A stretch of DNA of 35,545 bases from Patescibacteria group bacterium AH-259-L07 (lineage in GTDB: Bacteria; Patescibacteriota; Patescibacteriia; UBA2591; UBA6264): the NCBI GenBank assembly GCA_027718005.1, contig JALLOP010000003.1, forward strand, positions 1 through 35,545. The letters are read 5' to 3'. The first letter of the stretch is position 1. Every line of letters starts with the position of its first letter. Shown here one piece after another: positions 7,451-17,800 of this stretch. The translations under genes were made by a program, and so were the position numbers. The notes under the pieces were generated by a model that was given only the letters and a program-made list of their open reading frames with translations, was not told where the DNA came from and ran no database searches.

Positions 7451-10045
7451 ATGGCAGTTGGGGATAAGTATAACCATCAAAAAATTGAGCAAAAGTGGCA
7501 GAAAATATGGGAAGAGTTAGGGTTGTATAAAGCTCAGGATTTTAGCAAACGGCCAAAATCCTATATTTTAATTGAGTTCCCGTATCTTTCTGGAGATGGC
7601 TTACATGTAGGACATGGCAGGAGCTATAGCGCGCTCGATGCTATTGCGCGAAAACGGAGAATGCAAGGGTATAATGTGCTGTATCCCATAGGATGGGATG
7701 CATTTGGTTTGCCTACTGAAAATTATGCAATTAAAACCGGGATTCATCCCATTGAGATTACTAAGAAAAATGTTGCGTTATTCCGCCGCCAGCTCAAAAG
7801 CTTAGGGCTTTCATTTGATTGGTCTCGCGAGATTAATACTTCTGACCCAATATATTATAAATGGACGCAGTGGATTTTTTTAAAAATGTTCGAATGTGGC
7901 CTTGCCTATTTGGCAGAGATTCCTATTAATTGGTGTCCGGAATGCAAAATTGGGCTGGCTAATGAAGAAGTAATTGGTGGCAATTGTGAGCGATGCGGAA
8001 AAGAAGTAGAGCGGCGTCAACAAAAGCAATGGATGCTCAAAATTACTGCCTATGCTGATAGATTATTAAAAGATCTTGATGGGATTGATTATTTAGAAAA
8101 AATCAAAGCTCAGCAAGTACATTGGATTGGTCGATCAGAAGGGGTAACAGTAAAATTTAAAGTCAAAAGTTTCAGCCCAAGGCTGATCCGCCCCGGGCGG
8201 AAAAAGTCAAAGGTTGATGAAGTCGTTGAAGTTTTTACAACCAGGGCGGATACGTTGTTTGGGGTGACAGCGCTGGTGTTAGCACCAGAGCATAGGCTGA
8301 TCACTGATTGTTTATCATTGGTTGAGAATAGAAAAGAAGTTGAAGAATATATTAAGCAATCAAAGAAAAAATCAGAATTTGAAAGAACTGAATTAGAAAA
8401 AGAAAAAACAGGCGTACTGCTTAAAGGTATGTATGTCATTAATCCAGTCAATAATGAAAAAGTGCCTATTTGGATTGGCGATTATGTTGTTGCAACCTAC
8501 GGTGGTGGCGCGGTTATGGTGGTGCCTGCTCATGACAAACGAGATTATGCATTTGCAAAAAAATATGGTTTGGAAATTAGGGAAGTCGTAAAAGGCGGCG
8601 ATATTAGCAAAGAAGCATTTGTTGATTATGGGATATTAATAAATTCTGGGAAGTTTAGCGGGTTAGAGTCAAAGGAGGCCATTAAAAAAATTGGGAAATG
8701 GTTAGAACGGCATAAAAAAGGAGAACAAGAAGTTCAGTATAAGCTTCGTGATTGGGTGTTTTCTCGTCAGCATTATTGGGGGGAACCGATCCCGCTTGTT
8801 TTCTGCGAAAACTGCGCGGTCAAAATCAAAAATCAAAAATCAAAAATCAAAAATTTTAGTCAGGGAGAATTGTTAAATCCTGGATGGAAAGCTGTGCCGG
8901 AAGAGGATTTGCCACTTGAGCTGCCCTATGTGAAAAGCTATAAACCAACTGAAACAGGTGAGTCGCCGTTGGCACATATTAGTGAATGGGTTAATACCAC
9001 ATGTCCGAAATGCGGCTCAAAAGCAAAACGAGAAACCGATACCATGCCAAACTGGGCAGGTTCAAATTGGTATTTTCTCCGCTATATTGACCCCAAAAAT
9101 GATAAAGTCTTAGCAGATTATAAAAAACTGAAATATTGGCTGCCTGTTGATCTATACAACGGCGGTATGGAACATACTACGCTTCATCTGCTCTATTCCC
9201 GCTTTTGGCACAAATTCTTATATGACATCGGCGTTGTACCAACCTCAGAGCCATATAAAAGACGACGGTCTCATGGCATGGTATTAGCTGAAGACGGAAG
9301 AAAAATGAGTAAAAGTTTTGGCAATGTAATTAATACAGATGATATTGTTAATACTTTTGGCGCAGACGTGTTTCGTGTATATGAGATGTTTATGGGCCCG
9401 TTTGATCAAGCTATTGCATGGAATCCTAAGACAATATTGGGCGTAGATAGATTCCTGGCTAAAGTAAGAAATATTACCCTTGGTGTCATCCCGAGTTCGT
9501 CTACCTTGTCATCCCGAGCGAGCGGAGTTCCGATGAAATCGGAACAGGCGAGCGAGGGACGAGATGACAATTTAGAACAACTAATGCATCAAACAATCAA
9601 AAAGGTAAGCGAAGATCTGGATAATATGAAGTTCAATACCGCGGTTGCGGCGTTAATGGAGTACACAAATGAACTTATAACGCAATATGGAAAACTGAAA
9701 ACTGAATATATCGAAACGCTATTGTTGTTGTTGGCGCCGTTTGTACCGCATATAACTGAGGAGTTATGGCATCGAATCCATCCTAAATTATCAGAAAAAC
9801 GAAGTATATTTAAAGAACAATGGCCTGGATATAATCTAAGGTTAGCAAAGAGCAAAGAAATAGAGCTTGTTATTCAAATCAATGGTAAAGTACGTGATAA
9901 GACAAGGACAAATGCAGATATTTTAGAAAAACAGGCCGAGAAATTGGCATTAAAACAAAAAAAAATTCAAACGTATATAAAGGGAAAGAAAATTAAAAAG
10001 ATTATATTTATAAAAGGAAAGTTAATCAATCTAGTGATTGATTAA
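7451..10045 (+). CDS. leuS: Leucine--tRNA ligase with three repeat-derived in-frame inserts
   Basis: FPYLSGDGLHVGH (HIGH), GWDAFGLP, editing domain FTTRADTLFG / VPAHDKRD, KMSKS, C-terminal QINGKVR. Confidence 0.98.
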   Translation: MAVGDKYNHQKIEQKWQKIWEELGLYKAQDFSKRPKSYILIEFPYLSGDGLHVGHGRSYSALDAIARKRRMQGYNVLYPIGWDAFGLPTENYAIKTGIHPIEITKKNVALFRRQLKSLGLSFDWSREINTSDPIYYKWTQWIFLKMFECGLAYLAEIPINWCPECKIGLANEEVIGGNCERCGKEVERRQQKQWMLKITAYADRLLKDLDGIDYLEKIKAQQVHWIGRSEGVTVKFKVKSFSPRLIRPGRKKSKVDEVVEVFTTRADTLFGVTALVLAPEHRLITDCLSLVENRKEVEEYIKQSKKKSEFERTELEKEKTGVLLKGMYVINPVNNEKVPIWIGDYVVATYGGGAVMVVPAHDKRDYAFAKKYGLEIREVVKGGDISKEAFVDYGILINSGKFSGLESKEAIKKIGKWLERHKKGEQEVQYKLRDWVFSRQHYWGEPIPLVFCENCAVKIKNQKSKIKNFSQGELLNPGWKAVPEEDLPLELPYVKSYKPTETGESPLAHISEWVNTTCPKCGSKAKRETDTMPNWAGSNWYFLRYIDPKNDKVLADYKKLKYWLPVDLYNGGMEHTTLHLLYSRFWHKFLYDIGVVPTSEPYKRRRSHGMVLAEDGRKMSKSFGNVINTDDIVNTFGADVFRVYEMFMGPFDQAIAWNPKTILGVDRFLAKVRNITLGVIPSSSTLSSRASGVPMKSEQASEGRDDNLEQLMHQTIKKVSEDLDNMKFNTAVAALMEYTNELITQYGKLKTEYIETLLLLLAPFVPHITEELWHRIHPKLSEKRSIFKEQWPGYNLRLAKSKEIELVIQINGKVRDKTRTNADILEKQAEKLALKQKKIQTYIKGKKIKKIIFIKGKLINLVID
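8170..8202. repeat. 33-bp double-hairpin element in leuS
   Basis: tcagcc-caa-ggctga followed by tccgcc-ccg-ggcgga; reverse complement of 24526-24558 at 30/33. Confidence 0.9.
8820..8853 (+). repeat. Heptamer tract (TCAAAAA)n in leuS
   Basis: Encodes KIKNQKSKIKN. Confidence 0.85.
9484..9569. repeat. Composite TGTCATCCCGAG…GATGACA element in leuS with a nested hairpin
   Basis: tgtcatcccgag at 9484 and 9507, inner gttccgat-gaa-atcggaac at 9527-9545; complementary end gctcgggatgaca also at 1434-1446. Confidence 0.85.
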
Positions 10046-10067
10046 AAGTAAAAAGGGAAAACCAAAA

Positions 10068-10156
10068 ATGAAAAACCACAAGGAAAAGTTCAAAACCGAA
10101 TTGAAATCGCAAAGGTTCTTAGAGCAAATATTTTCACTGCAAAAGGACGAAGATAG
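10068..10156 (+). pseudogene. Internally deleted four-helix-bundle protein gene remnant
   Basis: MKNHKEKFKTEL joined out of frame to IEIAKVLRANIFTAKGRR*; flanked by A-rich and T-rich degenerate heptamer arms. Confidence 0.55.
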
Positions 10157-10219
10157 TTTTACGTTTTAAAATGTCGTTTTTACTTTTTCATTTTTAAATT
10201 TTAATTTAGTGAAGCGCTT

Positions 10220-11143
10220 ATGTCTTTATTACAACAGACAAAAAATTTGTGTAAACAATATCATATTACGCCCCTCAGACGTCGGGGACAAAATTTTTTA
10301 ATTAACCCTTTCATTGTAGAAAAAGTAATAGCAGCAGCAGGTTTAGATAAGAACGATATCGTAATAGAAGTTGGAGCAGGATTAGGGACATTAACAAAAC
10401 AAATAGCAAAACAGGTTAAAAAGGTAGTAGCGATAGAAATTGATAAAAAGCTGGTTCAAGTGTTAAGCGATGAATTATGTGATTACAAAAATGTAGAAAT
10501 AGTTCATGGCGACATACGAGATCCTACCAGCTACAAGCTACCAGCTACAAGCTATAAAATCGTGGCGAATTTGCCATTTAATATTACTGGTCTAACGTTA
10601 AGAAAATTTTTGGGGCGAAAGAATAGGCCGGAGGTAATGGTGGTGATTGTGCAAAAAGAAGTTGGCGAGCGAATTATAGCCCGTCCCTCAAAAAGGGGAC
10701 GGGATGACAAAAAAGGTAAAATGAATTTATTAGCTGTTTCAGTTCAATTTTATGCTCATCCTGAGATTATATTTTGTATAAGTAAAAATAATTTTTGGCC
10801 CAAGCCAAAGGTGGATTCAGTTATTTTAAAGATCGTTCCCTCGGGAGGGCTGACCTCCAAAAGAGGCCGGACTTTTGATGAGAAATTTTTTCAGATAGTG
10901 AAAGCTGGGTTTTTACATTCTCGGAAGTATTTACTTAACAATTTAGCAACCCTCCCCCTCCGACCCCCGACCTCCCGAGGAGGTCGGGGGTCTACAGCTT
11001 TAAAAAATAGTGCTATAATGATTAAATCATTAAAACAAGAATTGATGAAAATTTTTAACGAGATTGGGTTGAGTCCAAGAGTTAGGGCCCAGGAGTTGTC
11101 AGTGGAAAAGTGGGTCGCTTTAGTTAATAAATTATGCCAGTAG
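10220..11143 (+). CDS. rsmA: 16S rRNA adenine dimethyltransferase with four repeat-derived inserts
   Basis: GQNFL, IEVGAGLGTLT, AIEID, IVANLPFNIT, QKEVGERI, FWPKPKVDS, RAQELS. Confidence 0.96.
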   Translation: MSLLQQTKNLCKQYHITPLRRRGQNFLINPFIVEKVIAAAGLDKNDIVIEVGAGLGTLTKQIAKQVKKVVAIEIDKKLVQVLSDELCDYKNVEIVHGDIRDPTSYKLPATSYKIVANLPFNITGLTLRKFLGRKNRPEVMVVIVQKEVGERIIARPSKRGRDDKKGKMNLLAVSVQFYAHPEIIFCISKNNFWPKPKVDSVILKIVPSGGLTSKRGRTFDEKFFQIVKAGFLHSRKYLLNNLATLPLRPPTSRGGRGSTALKNSAIMIKSLKQELMKIFNEIGLSPRVRAQELSVEKWVALVNKLCQ

Positions 11144-11787
11144 AAAAACAAAATAGACGTTTAGTATTATTTCTTACAATTTTTAGTGTTTTTATTTTTG
11201 TAGTGGGTTATTTTCAGTTTAGGCATGCTATTTATGCGCCGTTTGGTGGTGTTTCTAAAGAACAAACATCACAGCAAATCGAACAGGAGTTATCTACATT
11301 AGTTTTACAAGACGTGGATAAAGACGGGCTAACTGATTTTGATGAACAGTTTGTATATTCTACTTCACCATATATTGCTGATACTGATAGTGATGCATAC
11401 TCTGATAAAGAAGAAGTTGATGCAGGGAGTAACCCTTTAGACCCAAAAAGCACTCCGTATGCGGTCAGAAAAGAGTCGGGAATTCAAACACAAAAAGAAG
11501 GGCCCGCCTCTGCTGAAGCTTCCGCCTCCACTAAAGTTTCGGCGGACAAAACGGCGGGCAAGGAGGAGATTTTAGAGAAAGTATTTCCGGCCCCGGAAAT
11601 AATAGAAGAACCTACCCAAATTTTTAAAGAAAATTTGACTGGGCAGGAGATTAGAGATTTGTTAATACAATCTGGAATAGATAAAGATATTGTGGATAAG
11701 ATGGATGACAAAACCTTAATAAAGTTGTATAATGAAACTATACAAGAAACTGGTATTAACCTAGAGAAATTACAAGGCGCTGAATAG
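11134..11787 (+). CDS. Membrane-anchored protein with TSP3-like Ca-binding Asp repeats
   Basis: N-terminal TM; DVDKDGLTDFDE and DTDSDAYSDKEEVDAGSNPLD; start overlaps the rsmA stop. Confidence 0.75.
   Translation: MPVEKQNRRLVLFLTIFSVFIFVVGYFQFRHAIYAPFGGVSKEQTSQQIEQELSTLVLQDVDKDGLTDFDEQFVYSTSPYIADTDSDAYSDKEEVDAGSNPLDPKSTPYAVRKESGIQTQKEGPASAEASASTKVSADKTAGKEEILEKVFPAPEIIEEPTQIFKENLTGQEIRDLLIQSGIDKDIVDKMDDKTLIKLYNETIQETGINLEKLQGAE
11503..11562. repeat. Nested pair of CCGCCTCxGCTAAAGCTTCGGCGG-type hairpins, in frame
   Basis: Inner copy 11521-11550 (30 nt) inside outer cccgcctctgctgaagct|acggcgggcaag. Confidence 0.85.
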
Positions 11788-11825
11788 AATAGAGGGCCAG
11801 TTTTGTGTTCGGTAATATTAATTTT

Positions 11826-14800
11826 ATGAGTTACTCAGGGTTTAAAAAATCAGTTTTAGTTAGTTTGATCACTATTTTGATGTTAGTTAGTTTATTTTTG
11901 CCTAAAACGGTTCATGCTCAATTTTTGATTTCTGATCCTGCAGGATTACTTCGAGATATTGGTGAGTTTGCGTGGAAACAGGCTAAGGATTTGGCCAAGG
12001 CAGCGTGGAAGCACGGCGGTGCGTTAGCATACAAAAATACTGTTAACTTTTATTTAGGCGAGATGGCTAAGCAAAGCGCTGAATGGGTGGCGACCGGCGG
12101 AAAAGGGAAAAAACCTTTATTTGCAAGGGATCCTGCTTTTTGGTCCAAATTAGGCGATCAAGCATTAGGAGAATTGATTGATCAGTATTCAAAAGGTTTT
12201 ACCGGAAGAAGCTTATGTGATCCATTTGATCCTACCATTCGTTTTAAAATGCTGGTTTCTATGGACCCAAAGTATCGGGAGATTAAGTTTGATGAGCAAT
12301 TGCGGTGTCCGGTGAGCAAAATCAAACAACGAATAAAAGAGGCAAGCAAAAAAAAGCTTTTTGAGTTTGATTTTGATTTGCGTGATGGACCAGTTGCTGG
12401 GTATAAAGCAAACATGCGGATTATTATAGCAGGAGATAGTGTTTTAAATAAAAATTATACCGGGATCACCAATGCGACTCATGTTTGTTATTCAGATCCA
12501 TCTCTTGATTTGAGCCAGTTTCCTCTTGGGTGTTTAGGGATTTTTGGATTAGGAACGGTAAATAAGGGCGTTGAGAAATTAATTGATATTACGTATAAAC
12601 TTGAAGATATGGGGAAGGAGCTTGAGCGGATTATTACTATATTAAAGCTTTTTGAAGCAGATCAAACCGAGATACGAGAAAAATTAGATGAATTAAATCA
12701 ACAACATATAAAGGCGCAGGAGGACATAATAGCTGCAGAAAACGCAGGCGTGCCAAGGGATCACCTGATACTGTTTTTTCTTAACAAAGATAAAGACAGG
12801 ATAAGGAAACAAATAGATAAGCTTGAGAAAATGCGTATAGATAAAGCCGAACAGATTGAGGCAGTTAATGACCTTATTAAATTACAACGAGATTTAGTAG
12901 ATAATATATGGGCATGGGAATTACTAGATAAAAATCCTGACACACCTGATATTCCTGGTGGACCTCATACGCTTTCTTTTTGGAGCCATTATACTCCTAT
13001 TTGTTCTGCTTTAGGAGATATGAGAGAATACATGAATAACGATGGATGTTTTGAGATTTCTGCTTTAGCAGTAGGTACAAATTTTGCTCCACTTACTATA
13101 CAAGAGGCATATACTAATTCACTTGCATATACCAAACGAGCTAATTCATACGTAAGACAATTAGTTGACTGGGCAAACACATTAGGAGATATGATTGAGG
13201 ACACAAAACTAAGTGATGATAAGGTACTGGAGACCCCAGATCTTGATCCATTAGAGGATATTAATCGTATGTATAACCCTGAAGGCAGTGATATTGGCGT
13301 ATTAGCAAGAATAGAATCTGATCTGTTGCGAAAGCAAACAACCGAAGTAGAAAAGTCTAAATTTTTCCAAACACTTCAGGGGCAAATGAATTCGTTGACA
13401 ACACAAATTTCTGATTTAGTAAAAACGCCATCGATTTATGTGAGTGAATCTGCGAGTCAAGCAGTAGAACAAGGCACTGCTGGGCCATTACAGTATACTG
13501 AAGTTGCGGCAGTTGACGCGATTGGTATTTTTACCAATACGTTGATTAATAAACTTTTAAAACAAATTTTTGAGACTGGGTTTAATCCACAACTTACCCC
13601 AGAGCTTGCAGAGAGAACAAAGCCATTTTTAGATGATGAAGGAGAGTCCGGCAGTCCATGGAGTCCATCGCGCCAGCAAAGCCGAGCCCTGTTTGCTGAT
13701 TTAGCTACGGCTCAATTAAAACGAGGACGAGAAATAACGATTTATGATGAATTTAACGTTTGTCCAAAAAATCCAGCGTACGCACTCCCCACCAATTGTT
13801 TATTAGAAGATAAAGACGGTAATACAATATTGCGAGCAGTAGAGGAAGGGTTGACCATAGCAGATGTTATAGAGAAAGGATTGGGCAGCGGCGCTTTAGT
13901 TGGCCGGCCAAATAATAATACCGGTCTTTTAAGTTTGACTAATATTAAAAAGTTACGGCGGGCACGTATTTTCCCTCTCGGGTTAGAAATTGCTGCTTCT
14001 AAAATTTATAATGGAGAACTTGGTGAAGATCCTGAATACACCCTAGAAGATATTGTTAACGAGTTTAATCAAACAAATTCGTTGGGCACATGTACCGATT
14101 TCAACGGAAGTTTTGAAAATGATGTTAATGACGATAATATCCCAGATGGATGGGTTCTGGGAGGCGATGTTTCACTTGAGACAAGCGAGGTACATTCAGG
14201 TTCTGTTGCATTGCGATTGAGCGGGAGTGGGTGGACCTCTAAGGTACGGCGGACCATCCCTATAAAATCAAATACGGTGTATACCATTTCAACATATGCA
14301 AAAGCAGAGAATAATAAACAACTATTTATTGGTCTATATTTTTATGATAAAGATGGCAATCAATTATTAGCATCTGGTTCAGCTGATGAGATTAATATTA
14401 GCGGTGGATTTGACTGGAGAAAAGGATGCGGCGCATCCTCATGTTATGCAACTGGCAGCATTAGTTTAACCAATACGTATGAGCAGTATGCGTATAGTTT
14501 TCGTTCCTTGCCTGATGCAGCCAGTGTAGAGCTTGTTCCCGAAGGTGCAGCACTTGCTGGTGCTCAAAGCGGAGATGTATTAATTGATGATGTTCAATTG
14601 ACGAGAGGGCAAACTGCTTCAGAAGAATATATGGAGCCATCGCCATTTTGTCATTTAGTTGACTCGAATTGGATATTTAAGAATTTAACCTATCAATGTG
14701 AAACTATTGGTTATTCAGCAATTCCTTTGCCCGGCAGTACTCAGCGTCAGGAAACGTGTGTTGATCTGCGTGATTGTATTAATGAAGATGAAAATGGACA

Positions 14801-17800
14801 ATGTGATACCTGGGGGTATTGTACGCGTGAAAAAAATACATGGCGTTTTAGTGGTAATTCTTGCGATGAGCAGTATGCAACATGCAAGACCTATATACGC
14901 TCAAAAGATAAAAAGCAGGTTTCGTATATAGAAAGAACAGTTGATTTTGGTGAGTGTACTGAAGGCAGTGTTGGGTGTAAATGGTACTGTACTGATTGGG
15001 ACGAAGATAATGGGCGTTGGCAATGTGCTGAGCCGGGAAAGGCACAATGTATAATAACTTCGCCTGCGCCAAGCGGCGGACAAAATTGTGTTTGTGATGG
15101 GACTAACGGGTGTTCTTTTGGTTTTTGTACTGTTAGAGAGGGCGAGAAATCTTGTTTAGTTGATAGTCCTGGCAATGCAATATTTTTTAATACTAATGTT
15201 GAGCAGTGTTTACCCGAAGTTGAAGGATGTAATGAATATATTAGAACCGTAGATGCGCCGCCAGCCCCAGATGGCTCAATAGATGATGAAGCATATAACA
15301 TTAATGATATAATTTATTTAGCAAGCGCTCCCACGTGTCAAGCAAAATATGTAGGATGTCAAATCTATACCCCTTCTGATCAAGGAGTTGCGATTCCGGG
15401 AATTGTAAATGTAGATGATCGATGCGAGGCTCAATGTGTTGGGTATGAAACATTTCAACAAATGCCAACTCATTTTGATACAAATACGAGCTGGGTTAAT
15501 TTTATTCCCGAGACCGCGAAGATGTGTTCGGTTCCTGGATGTGAGGAATTTACTAATTTAGATACGGTGACGCAAGGAGGGGAAGGATTAGAGTATTATG
15601 CATATCTGCGGCACTGCGCCAAGCTTCCTGATGAGGCAGCAAGCTGCGCTAATTTTTATACATGGATTGGATCTGAAACTACGGGATACCAATTAAAACG
15701 GTATCAATTAAAAGCTGATAATAATAACGAGCCAGAAAGAGTTTCTGCTTATAGTGAGGCAAAGAATGTATGGGACAAATGTGAGGATGCGACTGATTCT
15801 TTTTTTAATCCACATTGTAAAGAATTTTATAACGAATCAGGCATATCATCGTATCGTTTATTTAGAAATACGATTAGCTGTTCAGAGGAGTGCTCTCCTT
15901 ATCGGAGAACTATTGATGGGTCTTCGCGTATGGCAATTCCAAATCAGGGAGAAGTATGTAGTTTAGCTGATGTTGGATGCTATGAATATAAAGGACCAAC
16001 TGCTAATAATATACGCATATTATTTACTGATGATTTTGAATCAGGAATAGTTACGCTATGGCAGGGTGGAGAAATTTCCTCAGAATCAGTCAATCCTCCT
16101 CCCAGTTCATCAATGGAAGTATCAGGGGGCGAGGCTTCAAAGAAAGTGGCTAGTTTGGTCGCGCAAAATAAATCATATTTCCTCTCTTTCTGGGTTAAAG
16201 GAATTAATAGTATTAGCGCTCGGTTTTCTTCACTATCTTCTCAACCAAGATCCGGGCTTGATGCAAGTGAATGGGAAGAAGTACAATTAGGCCCGTTTTA
16301 TTTTGATACGGCGCCTCAAACTAATGAAACACTGTTCATTACCGCTGCTGATATTTTCTATATTGACAATATTACGCTCAAAGAAATATCTGATGATGTA
16401 TATGCAATTAAGGATTCATGGTTTACGCCGCAAATTTGTGATCAAGATTTTCAAGACAATGATATCCTTGGCGCAAAGCTTGGGTGCCGTCTTTATACTG
16501 ATAAAGATAATGATCCACATTATTTAAAATCATTTACCCGTTTATGTAAAGATTCTGATGTCGGGTGTGAAGCATTAATTGATACACAAAATTATTCAGC
16601 TTCACGTACGGGCGGCACGTTTAATGATGACAATACTGATTCAAAAGATAATGTAACGGTTCCTGCTGATGAAGTAGTGTATCGTGTTAATGATAAAGAG
16701 TATTTTTGTCAGGCAAAAGATAAGGGGTGTGAGAAAATGGGGCTGCCTCAATTAAGGCAAGATAATACGGTAGAGCGCTATGATACGGTATATATAAAAA
16801 ATGATCCTGAGCTTTATACAAAAGAGCCACTGCTTTGCCAGATTGAAGATTTAGGGTGTGAGGCATATGAGGGCGAGGGCGGTAATAGATATTTTAAAGA
16901 TCCAGAGATTACTAATAAGCTGTGTGAGTATCGAGAAAATGTTTTGATAGGAGGAGAGGCTAAAGTTGGCTGGTTTAAGACTGACACTGATCAGCCATGT
17001 TATGATAATCCTGTTTATTATCAACCGGATAGTCTTACCTATGGTATTCGTTCAGCTTATAAAGTATGTGATGCCGGGGATAATATTGGCAACGCTTGTT
17101 TGAGTGATGCTGATTGTCAAGGAGAGACCTGTGTCAAGATCTATGATGGTTGGGTCGGGATTTGTCCGCGCAGTCAGAATAGTTGTACCGCGTTTTTTGA
17201 TCCAGGCTGGGCTGGCCGCAAAGGTACTAATATACAACAAGAGGGGGCAGAAGTTAGGAAACTTGAAACTGGTTTTAGGGAGGGAGATTTCCATATTGCC
17301 GTTCAAGCGGCTGCACCTGCGTTAGTATCATCATCATCATCATTTACACCTCTCCCCCAATATTATTATTATCTTAACAACGAGAGATTGGATAGAGGAG
17401 CAGAAGAATGTCAAGCGCAAGTTTCATTAAAACGAGGTTGTATCCTTTTCAACGATCCAAATATTTCTTCTTCATCATACAGTAGTTTGGCCACTTACAT
17501 AAAATCAGCTCAATCAGATGTTCCTGATGGGCCTGTAGTCCCTGTTGATTGTGAACCAACTCCTAAACCTGATTGTACTGATCCATTAAATGCAGAGCGT
17601 GAGTATTGTTTGTATTGTGATCCATATGGGCAGGAAAGAAATGATACGAATGCCATAATAAAGGTGCGCAGAGATCGGACTTGCGGTGAATGGTTGAGCT
17701 GTACTAGTTTTCATTTAGAGACTTCAGGGGGAACAACCCGTCAAGTTTGTGATGAAGTAAGTCGTTGTGATGAACTTGTTGGATCGGGAGAAGCCTCACG

